From Podarcis pityusensis (lineage: Eukaryota), in the NCBI GenBank assembly GCA_964106645.2, contig OZ078259.1: DNA of 64,000 nucleotides. The stretch is one strand, 5' to 3'. This document shows, in pieces, positions 12,756-24,358 of this stretch (position 1 is the first letter of the stretch; the number at the start of each line of letters is the position of its first letter). The notes under the pieces are model-generated. The model had not been told where the DNA came from. It worked only from the letters and a program-made list of their open reading frames with translations, and ran no database searches. Made by a program: the position numbers and the translations under genes.

Positions 12756-12997
12756 CAGTGGTACCTTGGGTTACGTACACTTCAGGTTACATACGCTTCA
12801 GGTTACAGACTCCGCTAACCCAGAAATAGTACCTCAGGTTAAGAACTTTGCTTCAGGATGAGAACAGAAATTGTGCTCCGGCGGCGCGGCAGCAGCAGGA
12901 GGCCCCATTAGCTAAAGTGGTACCTCAGGTTAAGAACAGTTTCAGGTTAAGAGTGGACCTCCAGAACAAATTAAGTTCTTAACCCGAGATACCACTG
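12756..12997. mobile_element. Tc1/mariner-type MITE (family A)
   Basis: TIR CAGTGGTACC../..GATACCACTG, TA TSD; same family at 54598, 55123, 61953. Confidence 0.9.
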
Positions 12998-13732
12998 TAT
13001 ACAAATTTAATCAATAAATAACAATAAAATTGTCCATTTGACGCTTTGCACAATAGCATTTGATAGCCTTGTCCTCTGTTGGAGCCAGTGTTGTCTACTC
13101 TGGCTGTCAGTAACTGTTCAAGGTCTCACCCAGCAACTCCTCCCTCTATTCCTTTTAACTGGAGATTTCTGCCTTGGGGGATTGAACCCGAGGTCTTCTG
13201 CCTCCAGAGCTGCTGCTATGCCACTCAACTGTGGCTCCTTGCCGTGGATGAAAAGTGACCACTTGTCAGCTTTTTGGAGAGCAGTCCTTCAGTGCCTGCA
13301 AACCTCATTGATTTCAATAGAACTAGAGTTTCTTAACAGAGTGCAGGATTGCAGTGCATAGGACCCAATCCAGAGAGTGTTATGCATCTTTAAGGTGCAG
13401 CCACAATAGTTTCCCCAGGAGGTGGTTGGAAGCCAGGCTCACAGGTCTGGATCTTGCATTGTGCTAAGTGGTGCATCTTCACAGCCAGCAGTGTGGGGAT
13501 TTTAAAGGGTTTGGGCAGCTTTCCCCCTTTCCGCTCAAAAGTGCTGAAAGATAGTCGGGGGGGGGGATGGCTTTTTGCACACAAGTGCCACCTGGGGGGC
13601 TCTGTGGATTTCCCCTCATACCTGAAAACTGAAGGTAGGCCATACAAGCAATACGGTAGGCTGCTCCTGCTGCTCCTTGAAGTTTAAAAGTCCCTGAGCT
13701 GCAATCACCACAGCATCCTTCAGTTCATACTA

Positions 13733-13954
13733 CAGTAGAACCTCCACTTACCACCGCCCCTACTTGCAAACAGTTCGACTCGCAACCACAGCAAACCCGG
13801 AAGTAAATACCGGGCTTGCCACAATTCACACACGCACACAGAACGGTGCTGCCACTGAATGCACACACACAGAATGGCGCTTCTACCAGTGACCCGGATC
13901 AACTCACGAACGGACCTCTTGAATGGATTCCATACATGAGTAGAGGTTCCACTG
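13733..13954. mobile_element. Tc1/mariner-type MITE
   Basis: TIR CAGTAGAACCTC / GAGGTTCCACTG flanked by TA. Confidence 0.8.
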
Positions 13955-13957
13955 TAC

Positions 13958-13989
<32 letters not shown>

Positions 13990-16009
13990 TTGTTAAAATC
14001 TCTCTGTCTCAGGAGACAATGGAGGAATGTGCCTTTGGGGTAAAGTCAAACCCTTGGAGAATTACAGTGTCTGCTGTGGCTGTAGAGATTGATGCAGGAG
14101 AGAGATGTGTTATTGTAGCTAGGGCAGATGAAGGTGTTAGTGATCACTGTTAGAGATGTATCATGGCATTTCTTCTCTTTGCCCTCCTCCCAGCAATCAT
14201 TCCTCCTCTGGTCACTGCTATGGATACGCGACCTGTCTACAGGCACTGTGGTCATTTGCAAGAGATTATCACACAGCAGGGTTGATGTCACCAGCCATCA
14301 TGTCTTGTTTGCAGACATCTATGTAACACATGGTTGGTCTGCTAACAGGCCTGGTCCCTGTAGCCAGCTCCCTGTAGAGTATGTCCTTGGGGATCCTTCC
14401 ATCTTCCATTCTGTGGACATGGCCAAGCCAGTGTAGACATCACTGAGACAGGAGTGTGAACATGCTTGGGAATTTGGATTTGGGAGAGCATATCTTTGTT
14501 TGAGACTCTGTCCTGCCATGTGATGCCCAAAATCTTCCTGACGCAGTACATGTGGAAGGCTTTGAAGCATCACTCCTGACAGCTGTTAGTTGCCCTCCAC
14601 TCACTTCCATAAAGCAGCATGCTCTAGATGCAAGCCTGGTAGACCTTCATCTAGGTATTGGTCATTAGCATCACATTCTCCGATACCCTTTTGGAGAGGT
14701 TGCCAGAGCTGCCTTGCCAATACACTTGTCCAGCTGAGCATCAGTGGAGAGGTTGCTGGTTATGGTGGAGCCCAGAAGCACAAAATTGTCTATAACCTTA
14801 AGCGTTTGGTCACCAATGCTGATGCATGGAGTGCTGGCAATGTCCTGCCCCAGGATGTTGGTCTTTGTCAGGATGATGGTAAGGCCGACCTCCCTGCAGG
14901 CTTGGGCAAGATGGTTGATAGCCTCTGTAGAGCTTCCTTGGAGTGTGCTGTAAAGGCTGCTTCATCTGCAAACATCTCTCTGATAAGCACCCGCTGCACT
15001 TTTGTCTTGGTGCGGAGACATGATCATTTTGTGAAGCTTTGGTGGGCACCACATCTTGTTGAGCAGTGTGAAGAGCCTGTTTTGGCTGATGAGATCAAAG
15101 GCCTTTGTCAGGTCTATGAAGTTGATGTACAAGAGGCATCTCTGCTCCTGGCATTTCTCCTGCAGCTGAGAAAATCATGTTGACTGTTGACTTCTGAGCT
15201 CTAAAGCCATGTTGTGGCTTGAGATAAACCATGTTGGCGAGTGACTGTAATCTGTTGAGAACTACACAGGTGAAGGCTTTCCCCACAGTACTCAGTGGGG
15301 AGATTCCATGTTAGTTGTTACAGCCATGGTGGTCACCTTTGTTTTTGTAGAGGGTCACAATGCTGGAGTCATGCATGTCTTGTGGCATAGATCCTTGTTT
15401 CTAACACTGCAAGATAAAGCCATGGAGGTGCATCATGAGGGAGGAATTGAAGCGAGCTTTCAGCACTTCTGTTAGGATTCCATCCTGTCTTGGGGCTTTA
15501 CCACATGCTTGAGAGTTGGTGGTATTCTTCAGCTTGTCAAGGAAGGGAGCGACATCCCACTCTTCCAAGGCAGGCAGGCAGGACACTGTTGACTGCTGTG
15601 TCAGAGACCATGTTTTCCCATGAGTACAGTTCTTGGTAGTGCTCTGTCCATCACTTTGTCTGGTTGCTGCAGTCTCTGATGATCTCTTCTGGCAAAAGTT
15701 TTTAGTGATGCAGTTTTCATGACTGTTGGTCCAAAAGCTTTCTTCATGCCATTATACATTTTGCGAGTGTTGCCAGTGTCAGCAATGAATTGAATGCTGT
15801 GACACAGCTTTAGCCAGTAGTTATTGGCACATTATCTGGCAGTGTGCTGGGCATCACTCCTTGCCTTTCTCAGTGTAACAGGTGTCTTTTTGCAGCGCTT
15901 GTAGTTCAGAAGAGCCTTGCACTTTACAGTGATAACAGGCTCCATGTCCTTCATGCCAACCTCAAACCAGTCTGGGAACTGTTGGTCTCTTTTGCCAAAG
16001 GAGGATATA

Positions 16010-16936
16010 CCGTATTTTTTGCTCTATAAGACACACTTTTTCGCTCCTAAAAAGTAAGGGAAAATGTGTGTGCGTCTTACGGAGCGAATGCAGGCTGCAC
16101 GGCTAAGCCAGAAGCCAGAACAGGGAGAGGGAGCGTTGCGCAGTGCTCCCTCTCGCTGTTCTAGCTTCTGGTTTAGCTGCGCAAAGCCTCCGCAAGGCAG
16201 CGGGATGAAGGCACCCCACTGCCCTGCAGAGGCTTCATGGGCTGTCCCAGAAGCCAGAACAGCGAGACGGAGCGCTGTGCTCCATCTCGCTGTTCTAGCT
16301 TCGGGCTTAGCTGCGCAAAGCCTCTGCAGGGCAGCGGGGTGCCTTCATCCCACTGCCCTCCGGAGGATTTGCAGGCTGTCCCAGAAGCCTCCGCAGGACA
16401 TGGGGATGAAGGCTCCCTGTGCCCTGCGGAGGCTTCGCATGAAGCTACAACAGCTAGAGGGAGCACTGCGCAGCACTCCCTCTAGCTATTCTGGCTTTTG
16501 GAAAGCCCCGCGAAGCCTCTTAGGGCAGTGGGACGAAGGCTCCCCACTGCCCTGCGGAGGCTTCGTGCAGCTCTTGCGGGAAGTGGGGGGAAGGGACAGA
16601 GCGCGCGGCTCTGTCCCTTCCCCCACCTCCCAGAAAATCCCCCAAGAGCCGCGCTCCCTTTAAAGAGCACGCAGCTCTTGCGGGAGATGGGGGAAGGTAC
16701 AGAGGGCAGCTAACCCACACGCAGACTCTTCCGGGCAGGGGGAGTCTTCATCCCGCTGCCTGGGAGAGGCTTCAGCGGCTATCCCAGAAGCCAGAACAGC
16801 AAGAGGCTATCCCAGAAGCCAGATCCCTCTTGCTGTTCTGGCTTCTGGGATTCAGAATTTTTTTCTTCTTGTTTTCCTCCCCCCATAACTAGGTGTGTTT
16901 TATCATCTGGTGCGTCCCATAGAGCGAAAAATATGG
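16010..16936. mobile_element. Tc1/mariner (Tc2/Tigger-like) non-autonomous element with internal repeats
   Basis: TIR CCGTATTTTTTGCTCTAT / ATAGAGCGAAAAATATGG, TA on both sides; inserted in the RTE. Confidence 0.82.
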
Positions 16937-17354
16937 TAGCTGTGTTGTAGGTTGCCTCTTTGATGTGCTTCCACCTTACTTCAACACTTGTTCGGCAGAA
17001 TCACAGAAGCATTCACAAAGTTCAAGTATGATTTTTCTGCCACTGTTGATTCAAAACCACACTTTGTGCTATGGGTCCTCTTTGGCTGGAGATGGATCTT
17101 GCTTGCCACCAGGGAGTGATCAGTGTCGCGGTCAGCACTGTGGTAATTTTATGTGACGCAAACACAGTTCAGTGCCGTTCACCTGGTGATAATCAAGTCC
17201 ATCTGGTGCTAGTGGCCTGACCTTGGATACTTCCAGGAAATTTGCTGTTTTACCTTGGTAGAGAAGAACAAGTTTGTGATGCAGAGGCTTTGATACAAGC
17301 ACAGCTCAAGCAGCCTTTGTCTGCTCTCATTAATGCTGCCAGTACCAAAGAAGC

Positions 17355-17608
17355 GATGGGTAGGCAAACTAAAGCCCAGAGGCCGGATCTGGTCCAATCA
17401 TATTCTACATCTGGCCCGCGGGCGGTCCGGGAATCAGTGTGTTTTTACATGAGTAGAACATGTTCTTTTATTTAAAATGCATCTCTGGGTTATTTGTGGG
17501 GCATAGGAATTTGTTCATCCCTCCCTCCCCAAAAAATATAGTCTGGCCCCCCACAAGTTCTGAGGGACAGTGGACTGGCCCCCTGCTGAAAAGGTTTGCT
17601 GACCCCTG
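17355..17608. mobile_element. hAT MITE nested in the RTE endonuclease region
   Basis: Ends .ATGGGTAGGCAAAC / GTTTGCTGACCCCTG; 8-bp TSD aaagaagc/aaagaggc. Confidence 0.8.
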
Positions 17609-18837
17609 AAAGAGGCCTATGCAGTTGTCCCATGTGTGATGATCACCCCCTATTCTTGCATTGAAACCTCCCAGCAGAAATAGGTGTTCACAGTCTGGGA
17701 CCCTCCTGACAGCCTGGTCTAGTTGCTTGTAGAACTGGTCCTTGGTTTGTATGTAAGGGAACATAGTGGGAACATAGACACTCAATATGTTAACTGGACC
17801 GAAGGTGGTTGAGAGGTGGAGGGAAAGCAAGTGTTCTGAGCCCTCAGCTGGTTCTGTCGCAGACAGAAGAGAGTTCCCCACTGTGAATCCTACGCCATGA
17901 ACACATGTGTCTTCCGGATGACCTCCTTGCCAGAAAATGGTGTAGTTCTTCTCTCAGAGTCTGCCATTCGAAGCGAGTCTGGTTTCCTGTAGAATGGCAT
18001 GTCAGTGTTTGAATTTTTTCAGATCACAGTCTTCCATGAGTCATTAACTAGCAGCAGTTCAGTGGACGAGCGAGGACACATGGTCTTGACATACCAGCTT
18101 GCTAGGTGCAAGAGGATTTGTCTCTTTTATTTTTTACCTGGTATAGTAGTTTGGTCTGTTTCTTGATTGATACTCTGAGTTTCAAGCACCCACTGAAGCA
18201 GGTGGACAGTGGCAGGCCATCACTTTATTGACCGAGGGCTGTCTGGCTTTAGGTGGGCAGTAGCTGACAAGTGAGACATGATGATCTCTCCCACTGACGA
18301 AAGCTACCCATTGTGCTCGTACCTTACGTCAATCAGACTGAGCTTATAACTCATAACTTCTGCTTCCTGCGTTTTTGCTGCGTTTTGCAGCATTGAAGTG
18401 ATCAGGGCATAGTCCTGGGCAGTGTGTATGGAGGTCCTGGGCTGCTCAGAAGACAAGACTCTTACTGGCCATACTGATGTGGTGCAAAGGAAAGCAGAGA
18501 AATATGTTTGGCACCAGCTTGGCTGCAGGAGTTGCCTGACAGAGGTATATAGTTAGAAGACAACTGGCCAGACATGTACATGGCTACAGAACTGCTTTTT
18601 TACTTGCAAATTGTTTTTTAGTTTAAAAATACTTTACCCTTCTCTCCAGCAAAATGATAAATGTGTTTTAGCATCGGGGCAGCTGAAGCAAACCCCACAT
18701 TCCTATAGTCATGTTAGTGCTATAGTTTAAGTGAGTTTAAAATGTGAAAGTGCAATACACAAAGAGTGTTTTGGGGTTTTTTATTAGGGTTGGTAAACCT
18801 CTGTGTTGTATCTAACCAAGTTTTTACTCAGAAATTA

Positions 18838-19207
18838 CAGTGGTACAGTGTACAGTGGTACAGTGGCAAGACGAATGCCTCGCAAGACAAAAAACTCGCT
18901 AGACGAAAGGGTTTTTTGTTTTTTGAGCTGCTTCGCAAGACGATTTCCCCTATGGGCTTGCTTCGCAAGACGGAAACGTCTTGCAAGTTTGTTTCCTTTT
19001 TCTTAACACCGTTAATACAGTTGCGACTTGACTTCGAGGAGCAACTCATAAAACGTGGTGTGGTAGCCTTTTTTGAGGTTTTTAAAGACTTTGGTGATTT
19101 TTGAAGCTTTTCCAAAACTTTCCTGACACCGTGCTTTGCAAGACAAAAAAATCGCAAGACGACAAAACTCGCGGAACGAATTAATTTCGTCTTGCGAGGT
19201 ACCACTG
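18838..19207. mobile_element. Tc1/mariner-type MITE with stuttered left end
   Basis: Right TIR TTCGTCTTGCGAGGTACCACTG + TA; internal CGCAAGACG repeats; left end repeated TACAGTG(G). Confidence 0.82.
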
Positions 19208-21557
19208 TAATGGAAATTGATTTTGCTTGGTGTGCCCTGAGCCTGTCTAATGTTGGATGCAACTCTATATTTTGTGCAGAAGCCATCCTGAAGTTTGGGG
19301 TGGCAACTGGGGGAGAGGGCAACATGAACTGGGAGATTCTCAACTGCAGCCATCTCAAGAGCCACCCATCTCAAGGCCATTAAGTTCTAGGTCTGAAATT
19401 CCGTAGTGCTACGACCACTGAGGCTGGATCTGTCTGGTGCCTATTGCTCCACTTGTGATAAGGAGACAGATCAGGCTCCAGGTCTCTCCCCTTCTGAGGC
19501 CTTTAAGTCTCTCTTTAAGGGATAACTAGAATTCAGACAGCTTGTGTGGCAACCATCTGTAATGCAACAAGGCTAAAATCTGAATTAACAGTTCATGAAT
19601 TAACTGGAGAGAGAAATGGCCCTTTTTTGTGGACATTTTTGAAACTCTAGCATCCCTCTCTTTCAAGGAAAGGAAAAAGGAGTAATTTCCTGCTTCTGTG
19701 GATGCTGAGTAATATAAGCAAACACAGACCTTTGAAAAAAGCAAGTCCCAAATTCATGATTGATTGATTTTTCTTTTATTAGTTACCTACCCTTTGTGGC
19801 AAGGTGGGTTACATTTTTAAAAAGTGGTATTTATGTGGGGAGGCTCACCTTAAGAGTGTGTGTGATTTTGGGGGCCCGTGCTTGCATGAGAGCATGGTGT
19901 CCAAAAGTGTGTGAGATTGCGGTGCCCCAAAATATGTGTTTTTTAGGTGCCATGTTCTTGCATGGGTCATGTGACCTATGCAGGAGTGCGGCCTGGAAGA
20001 CACGTGTCTTGTTTTGCGCTGGGACATGTTGGAGGGTATGACAGCACCATTCACGTAACAAAAACTACCACAGATAACAACATTTTCAAAAGTAGGGGGT
20101 CCATAACTTGGCTTTTGAAAAACAGGGTCCTCAGTGCTTAGCTACGTAATTGGGAACCACTGATCTAGAGGCTCTCAAGAGGATCCTTATAATTTCTGAG
20201 CAGGCAGTATATAAATCCTTTTATATGTGTTAGTAAATTAAAAATGGGGTTTGCTAATACCACCAATTTTTAAGCAGCCCTTCCCCAAAAGCTTCAACAA
20301 ACAGCAGATTTAGATTATATTGTAGGAATTAGAAGCAGTGTGTGTATTTCGGAGGTTATGCATCATTGCAAGTTCAGCCAGCCAGCCCAGGAGGTTCCCT
20401 TTTAGCCCCTTGCTAGCCAAAGTGATCTCTAGGGTCAGGTCAGGTTGCCGCAAATGTGGGGGGGGAGGGGGGAGGGAGAGAACATCAGTGGCAGCTGGAC
20501 TAGTGAGGCCAAGAGAAACCTTAATGCACACTCCCAGAGGGCCCCCCTCCCCAATTTCCAATTGTTTCACTGGAAAATAAAAGTGTTGTGAGAGGCTTTG
20601 GGGGGGGGTATGATAGGATGCTTCCCCCTCCCCTCCCTGGAGTTTCTTTTCTACCTAAACCTTCCAGTCCTCCAGCCGAGGACTTGCAGTCTTTGAGAGA
20701 ATGTGTCTTTCTGGTTGGGAGTGTCTTGTAAGAAGGGGCTCAGGTCTGAGTAATGGTGCAAAGGGAGGAGTGTGGTGTGTGGAGTTGGGGGTAGAAAGTG
20801 GAAGGCAACTGGCTCTGTGACCTGAAACGCTTAGTCTTAATAACTTGCACTGTAGAAGGAAAACAGGTCTCTGTCCCAAGGAGATTCCAGTGGTAATAGA
20901 CCAGGCTTCCTCCAGCAGTTGCTGGGGGATTGCAAGCAGATTCCAGAGCACATAGTGAAAATGACACAGGGGCATGGGGTGGGGACCATGCTGCAAGGTG
21001 GGCTCAGAGCCAGCTCCAGCACTGGTATTGCCCCTGGGTCAGGCTCAGGGTTTTGAGACAGGCTCCAGGGCAGGCCTGTTTTGTGAAGGGTGTGTGTATG
21101 TACACCCCCCCATGTGTGCGTACACCCCCTCCTTTTGTGACACCCTGGCCATTGACCTTATCAGGCAGAAGGAGGGGATAGTAAAAGGTGGGTGGGGGGT
21201 ATTTTGCCTTTGCCCTGGTTCCTCCTGTCCTTTGTTCCTTCTCACCCTGAGGAGTTAATGGAGAGCCTCCGCTGCGCCAGCTCTGCAGACTGTTTGGAAT
21301 ACTTTAAATGCTTTGACACTCTGGATGTGCTGGATGGGAGAGGAGGCGGTTTGCAGCTTAATTCATATGCAAAACTGTGCCATAAATCCTGAGCCCTGTC
21401 TCAGTTGCTGTGGCACCACTAAGCATTTCATCAGCGCCCCATACAGTATTTCTGCCATCTTTGTTTGCATTGCAGTGACTCATCAAAAGTCTGTCTTGTA
21501 CCAACACCCTGAGCATTCCTCTGGCACTGATCCTTCTCTCCCCCCCCCCTTCTCCTC

Positions 21558-21561
<4 letters not shown>

Positions 21562-21605
<44 letters not shown>
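21562..21605. repeat. (CT)n microsatellite
   Basis: Direct read. Confidence 0.95.
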
Positions 21606-22091
21606 CCCTCCTTTTCTTCCGAGCTTCAGTTTGAAACTGGCCTTTGCTTCAGGTCTCTCGTCAAAGGGCTCTATTCATTGCAGAGAATGGCCTGAATGTT
21701 AAGCTGCATATCCGGCCCTGTTCATTGAGATGCTGCTTTGCGCTGCTCCTGCTGAGGAGGTTTGACTTAGTCTGAAGCTGAAACTCCTCACAGCAGAAGC
21801 AAGGAGGACAGGCAGGAGGGGCTGAGGCGGGAAGGACTGAGGCAGGAGGGGGCACCTCCTCATTGTGCCCCCCCCCCTTCCAAGCAGCCTTTGCTGCTGC
21901 ACTGGAGAGTTGGGTGCTGAAGAGAGGGGGGTTGAGGAGACCCTTCCAGAAGCAGGTGCTGTGGATTTCACGCCACTTAAGGTATGTTCACATGAGGGGG
22001 GCACATCCCTGCGCTGAATGCTTGGGCAATGTGATGCAGCTGCAGAATGGGGCTATCCTAGCTGGCAGCTTTGCAGGGGTGGTTGGAGGTA

Positions 22092-22117
22092 GTGTGTGTG
22101 TGTGTGTGTGTGTGTGA

Positions 22118-22160
<43 letters not shown>
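22092..22160. repeat. Compound (GT)n(GA)n microsatellite
   Basis: Direct read. Confidence 0.95.
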
Positions 22161-22161
<1 letters not shown>

Positions 22162-23520
22162 ACAGAGCAACCCATTGTGTGGTCACTTTTTTAGGAGCAG
22201 TCAGTTTGCAGGGAGGACAGATCTTTTGGAGTCTAGTTCAACTAGGTGCTGTTGAAGCAACTCAGAATCGGGACCTCCTGTGTGGAGGGGGTGGACTGTG
22301 TGTGTGTTTTTTTGGGGGGGAGAGGTCTTAATTGTTCCTGTGTGCCAAGGAGATGAAGGGAGGCGCCATTGAAGTCATGGGGAGTTTCTCCCTCCCTGGC
22401 CTCAACCAGCTAAAGAGAGGCATAGATTTTGCTGGTTTAAGAGAATTTGTTGGCGTTTCTCCGCATGCTGCCTGTGTTTTGGTGCATGTGGGTGGGGGGA
22501 AAGAGGAGGCATCACTGCCATGACATGACGGTTCCCGGAGGATCCTAAAATAGATCCATGGGCTTTGCTGCATTCTTGATGCAAAGGCGAGAGCCCAGGC
22601 AGGTGTCTCCTTTGCATGGAGGTCAACATCTCCCCTCCCCCCGAAATTTAGAAAGGGAGTGCCATAGAGGAATGCCTTTGGGAGTCCAACAGTTGAGAAG
22701 AGTTTCAGGAACTGGGGAGCCTGTCCGTATCCTGGGCTGCTGCAGTAGACGGCAGCCCCCAGCCCCTCTCCATTCCCTGCATCCAGCACTTTGAATGATG
22801 GTGGGGGCGGAGGGGACGGACAGCTGCCTGGCCCTTCCTTGGCTCCTCAGCAGTTCCAATGTGCAGGGAAACTTGGAATAATTATGCGCAGAAGTTGCTG
22901 CATTTCTGAAGCGTCCACCCATCTCTCTCTCCCCCCTCCTTTCTCCCAAGTTTCCAGCTGTGTCAGCTTTTTCAGGAGCGTGCGCTGCCTGCCCTGATAG
23001 TGCCTGGTTTGGAAATCCCATCCCAATACCTTGTTTGGGGGATCATACCTTTTGTGGCGTGTGTACCCCCACCCCCGAAAAAGGGAAAAATCTTGCAGCA
23101 GCAGCAGCCTGGATTCAGGTTGGTGGAGTCAATGGAGGCAGTTCTCAACGCCCACCCCCACCCCAGCTGGAATGGGTAGCCATCTTTGCCTGTGTTTCTC
23201 TTGCCCTGGACTGGTTGTGTTGCACTGGTGGTACACTGAGGGCTCTGTGGGTGGGGTGTAGTTTTTTTGAACTCTGTTATATTGAGTTTCTTCCTCCCCT
23301 TGTTAGGAATGCTCTTCACAGGAGGGGGATTTTCCAAACACTGGCAGAATCCCTCTCCCTGGTACTTCCTGATTCTTGTGTTTCTGCCAGATATCCTCTC
23401 TCTTCCTTTCTCTTTTTCACGTGCCTGTTTCCTCTCCTCCCACCCACTCCCCTGCCCCGCCTACAGATGTGCCCTCTCTCAGGAGCTCTGGTGTTGAGCG
23501 CGTGAGGCAGTTGCTGAGCC

Positions 23521-24358
23521 ATGTCGCAGATGCTGCACATAGAAATCCCCAACTTTGGGAGCACCGTCCTGGGCTCCCTGAATGAGCAGCGCCTCCTGGG
23601 TCTCTACTGCGATGTCTCCATCCTGGTCAAGGGCCAGGCCTTCAAGGCTCACCGGGCTGTCTTGGCAGCCAGCAGCCTCTACTTCCGAGACCTCTTCAGT
23701 GGCAACAGCAAGAGCGCCTTCGAGCTGCCGGGCTCCGTGCCGCCCGCCTGCTTCCAGCAGATCCTCTCCTTCTGCTACACCGGCAAGCTGACCATGGCTG
23801 CCAGCGAGCAGCTGGTGGTGATGTACACAGCAGGCTTCCTCCAGATCCAGCACATCGTGGAGAAGGGGACAGACCTGATGTTCAAAGTGAGCTCCCCTCA
23901 CTGCGACTCCCAGACGGCCATGACGGAGGAGCCCTGCTCGGGGCCCCAGAGCCCCTGCCACCCCCTGCAGCCGCCCTCCCTGCCCTATGCTGTGTCGCCT
24001 TCCGTGCCCCTTCCACTGCTCACCCGCGTCAAGCATGAGACCTTGGAGCCTGCGAAGCGGTCCTTGGAGTGCAGCCTGCGGGAGGCGGCCGGGGGCAGCT
24101 CCTCTGCCAGCGCCCCGCTCAAATTGTCGCGCGTCTCCTACTACGGGGTGCCCAGCCTTGCCACCCTCCTCCCCAGCATCCCGCTGGCTCAGTACTGCCA
24201 GGGGGAGCGGACGAGCCCTGGGGCCAACAGCCTCCCCACCACCGACAGTCCCACCTCCTACCACAACGAGGAAGATGAGGACGATGATGAAGCCTATGAC
24301 ACCATGGCGGAGGAGCAGTACGGGCAGATGCACATCAAGTCCACAGGCGGCTATGCAG
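23521..24358 (+). CDS. NACC2: NACC2 first coding exon (BTB/POZ domain + linker)
   Basis: [55 protein letters not shown]... is a BTB domain matching vertebrate NACC2; acceptor ctacag at 23461-23466, donor GCAG|gtaaaa after 24358 (phase 1). Confidence 0.97.

Larger units (their letters stand above)
13990..18545 (-). mobile_element. Decayed near-full-length RTE-clade LINE (non-BovB), interrupted by two DNA transposons
   Basis: Minus-strand fragments: LASW.V.TM (EN start ~18090), ILSVYVPT..KDQFY..LLGGFNARIG (EN), GKAF..VVLNRLQ..QHGFR..ST (RT), CVRKILGITWQDRVSN, C-terminal FICP..LYSHSRHC; many stops and frameshifts. Confidence 0.88.

Noticed and set aside
16064-16720. 199-aa ORF and overlapping ORFs as a transposase or gene
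   Set aside because: They derive from GC-rich internal repeats of a non-autonomous element; no DDE/HTH motif.
23479-24333. 284-aa antisense ORF overlapping the NACC2 BTB exon
   Set aside because: It mirrors the GC-rich sense codons and has no recognisable domain; a shadow ORF.
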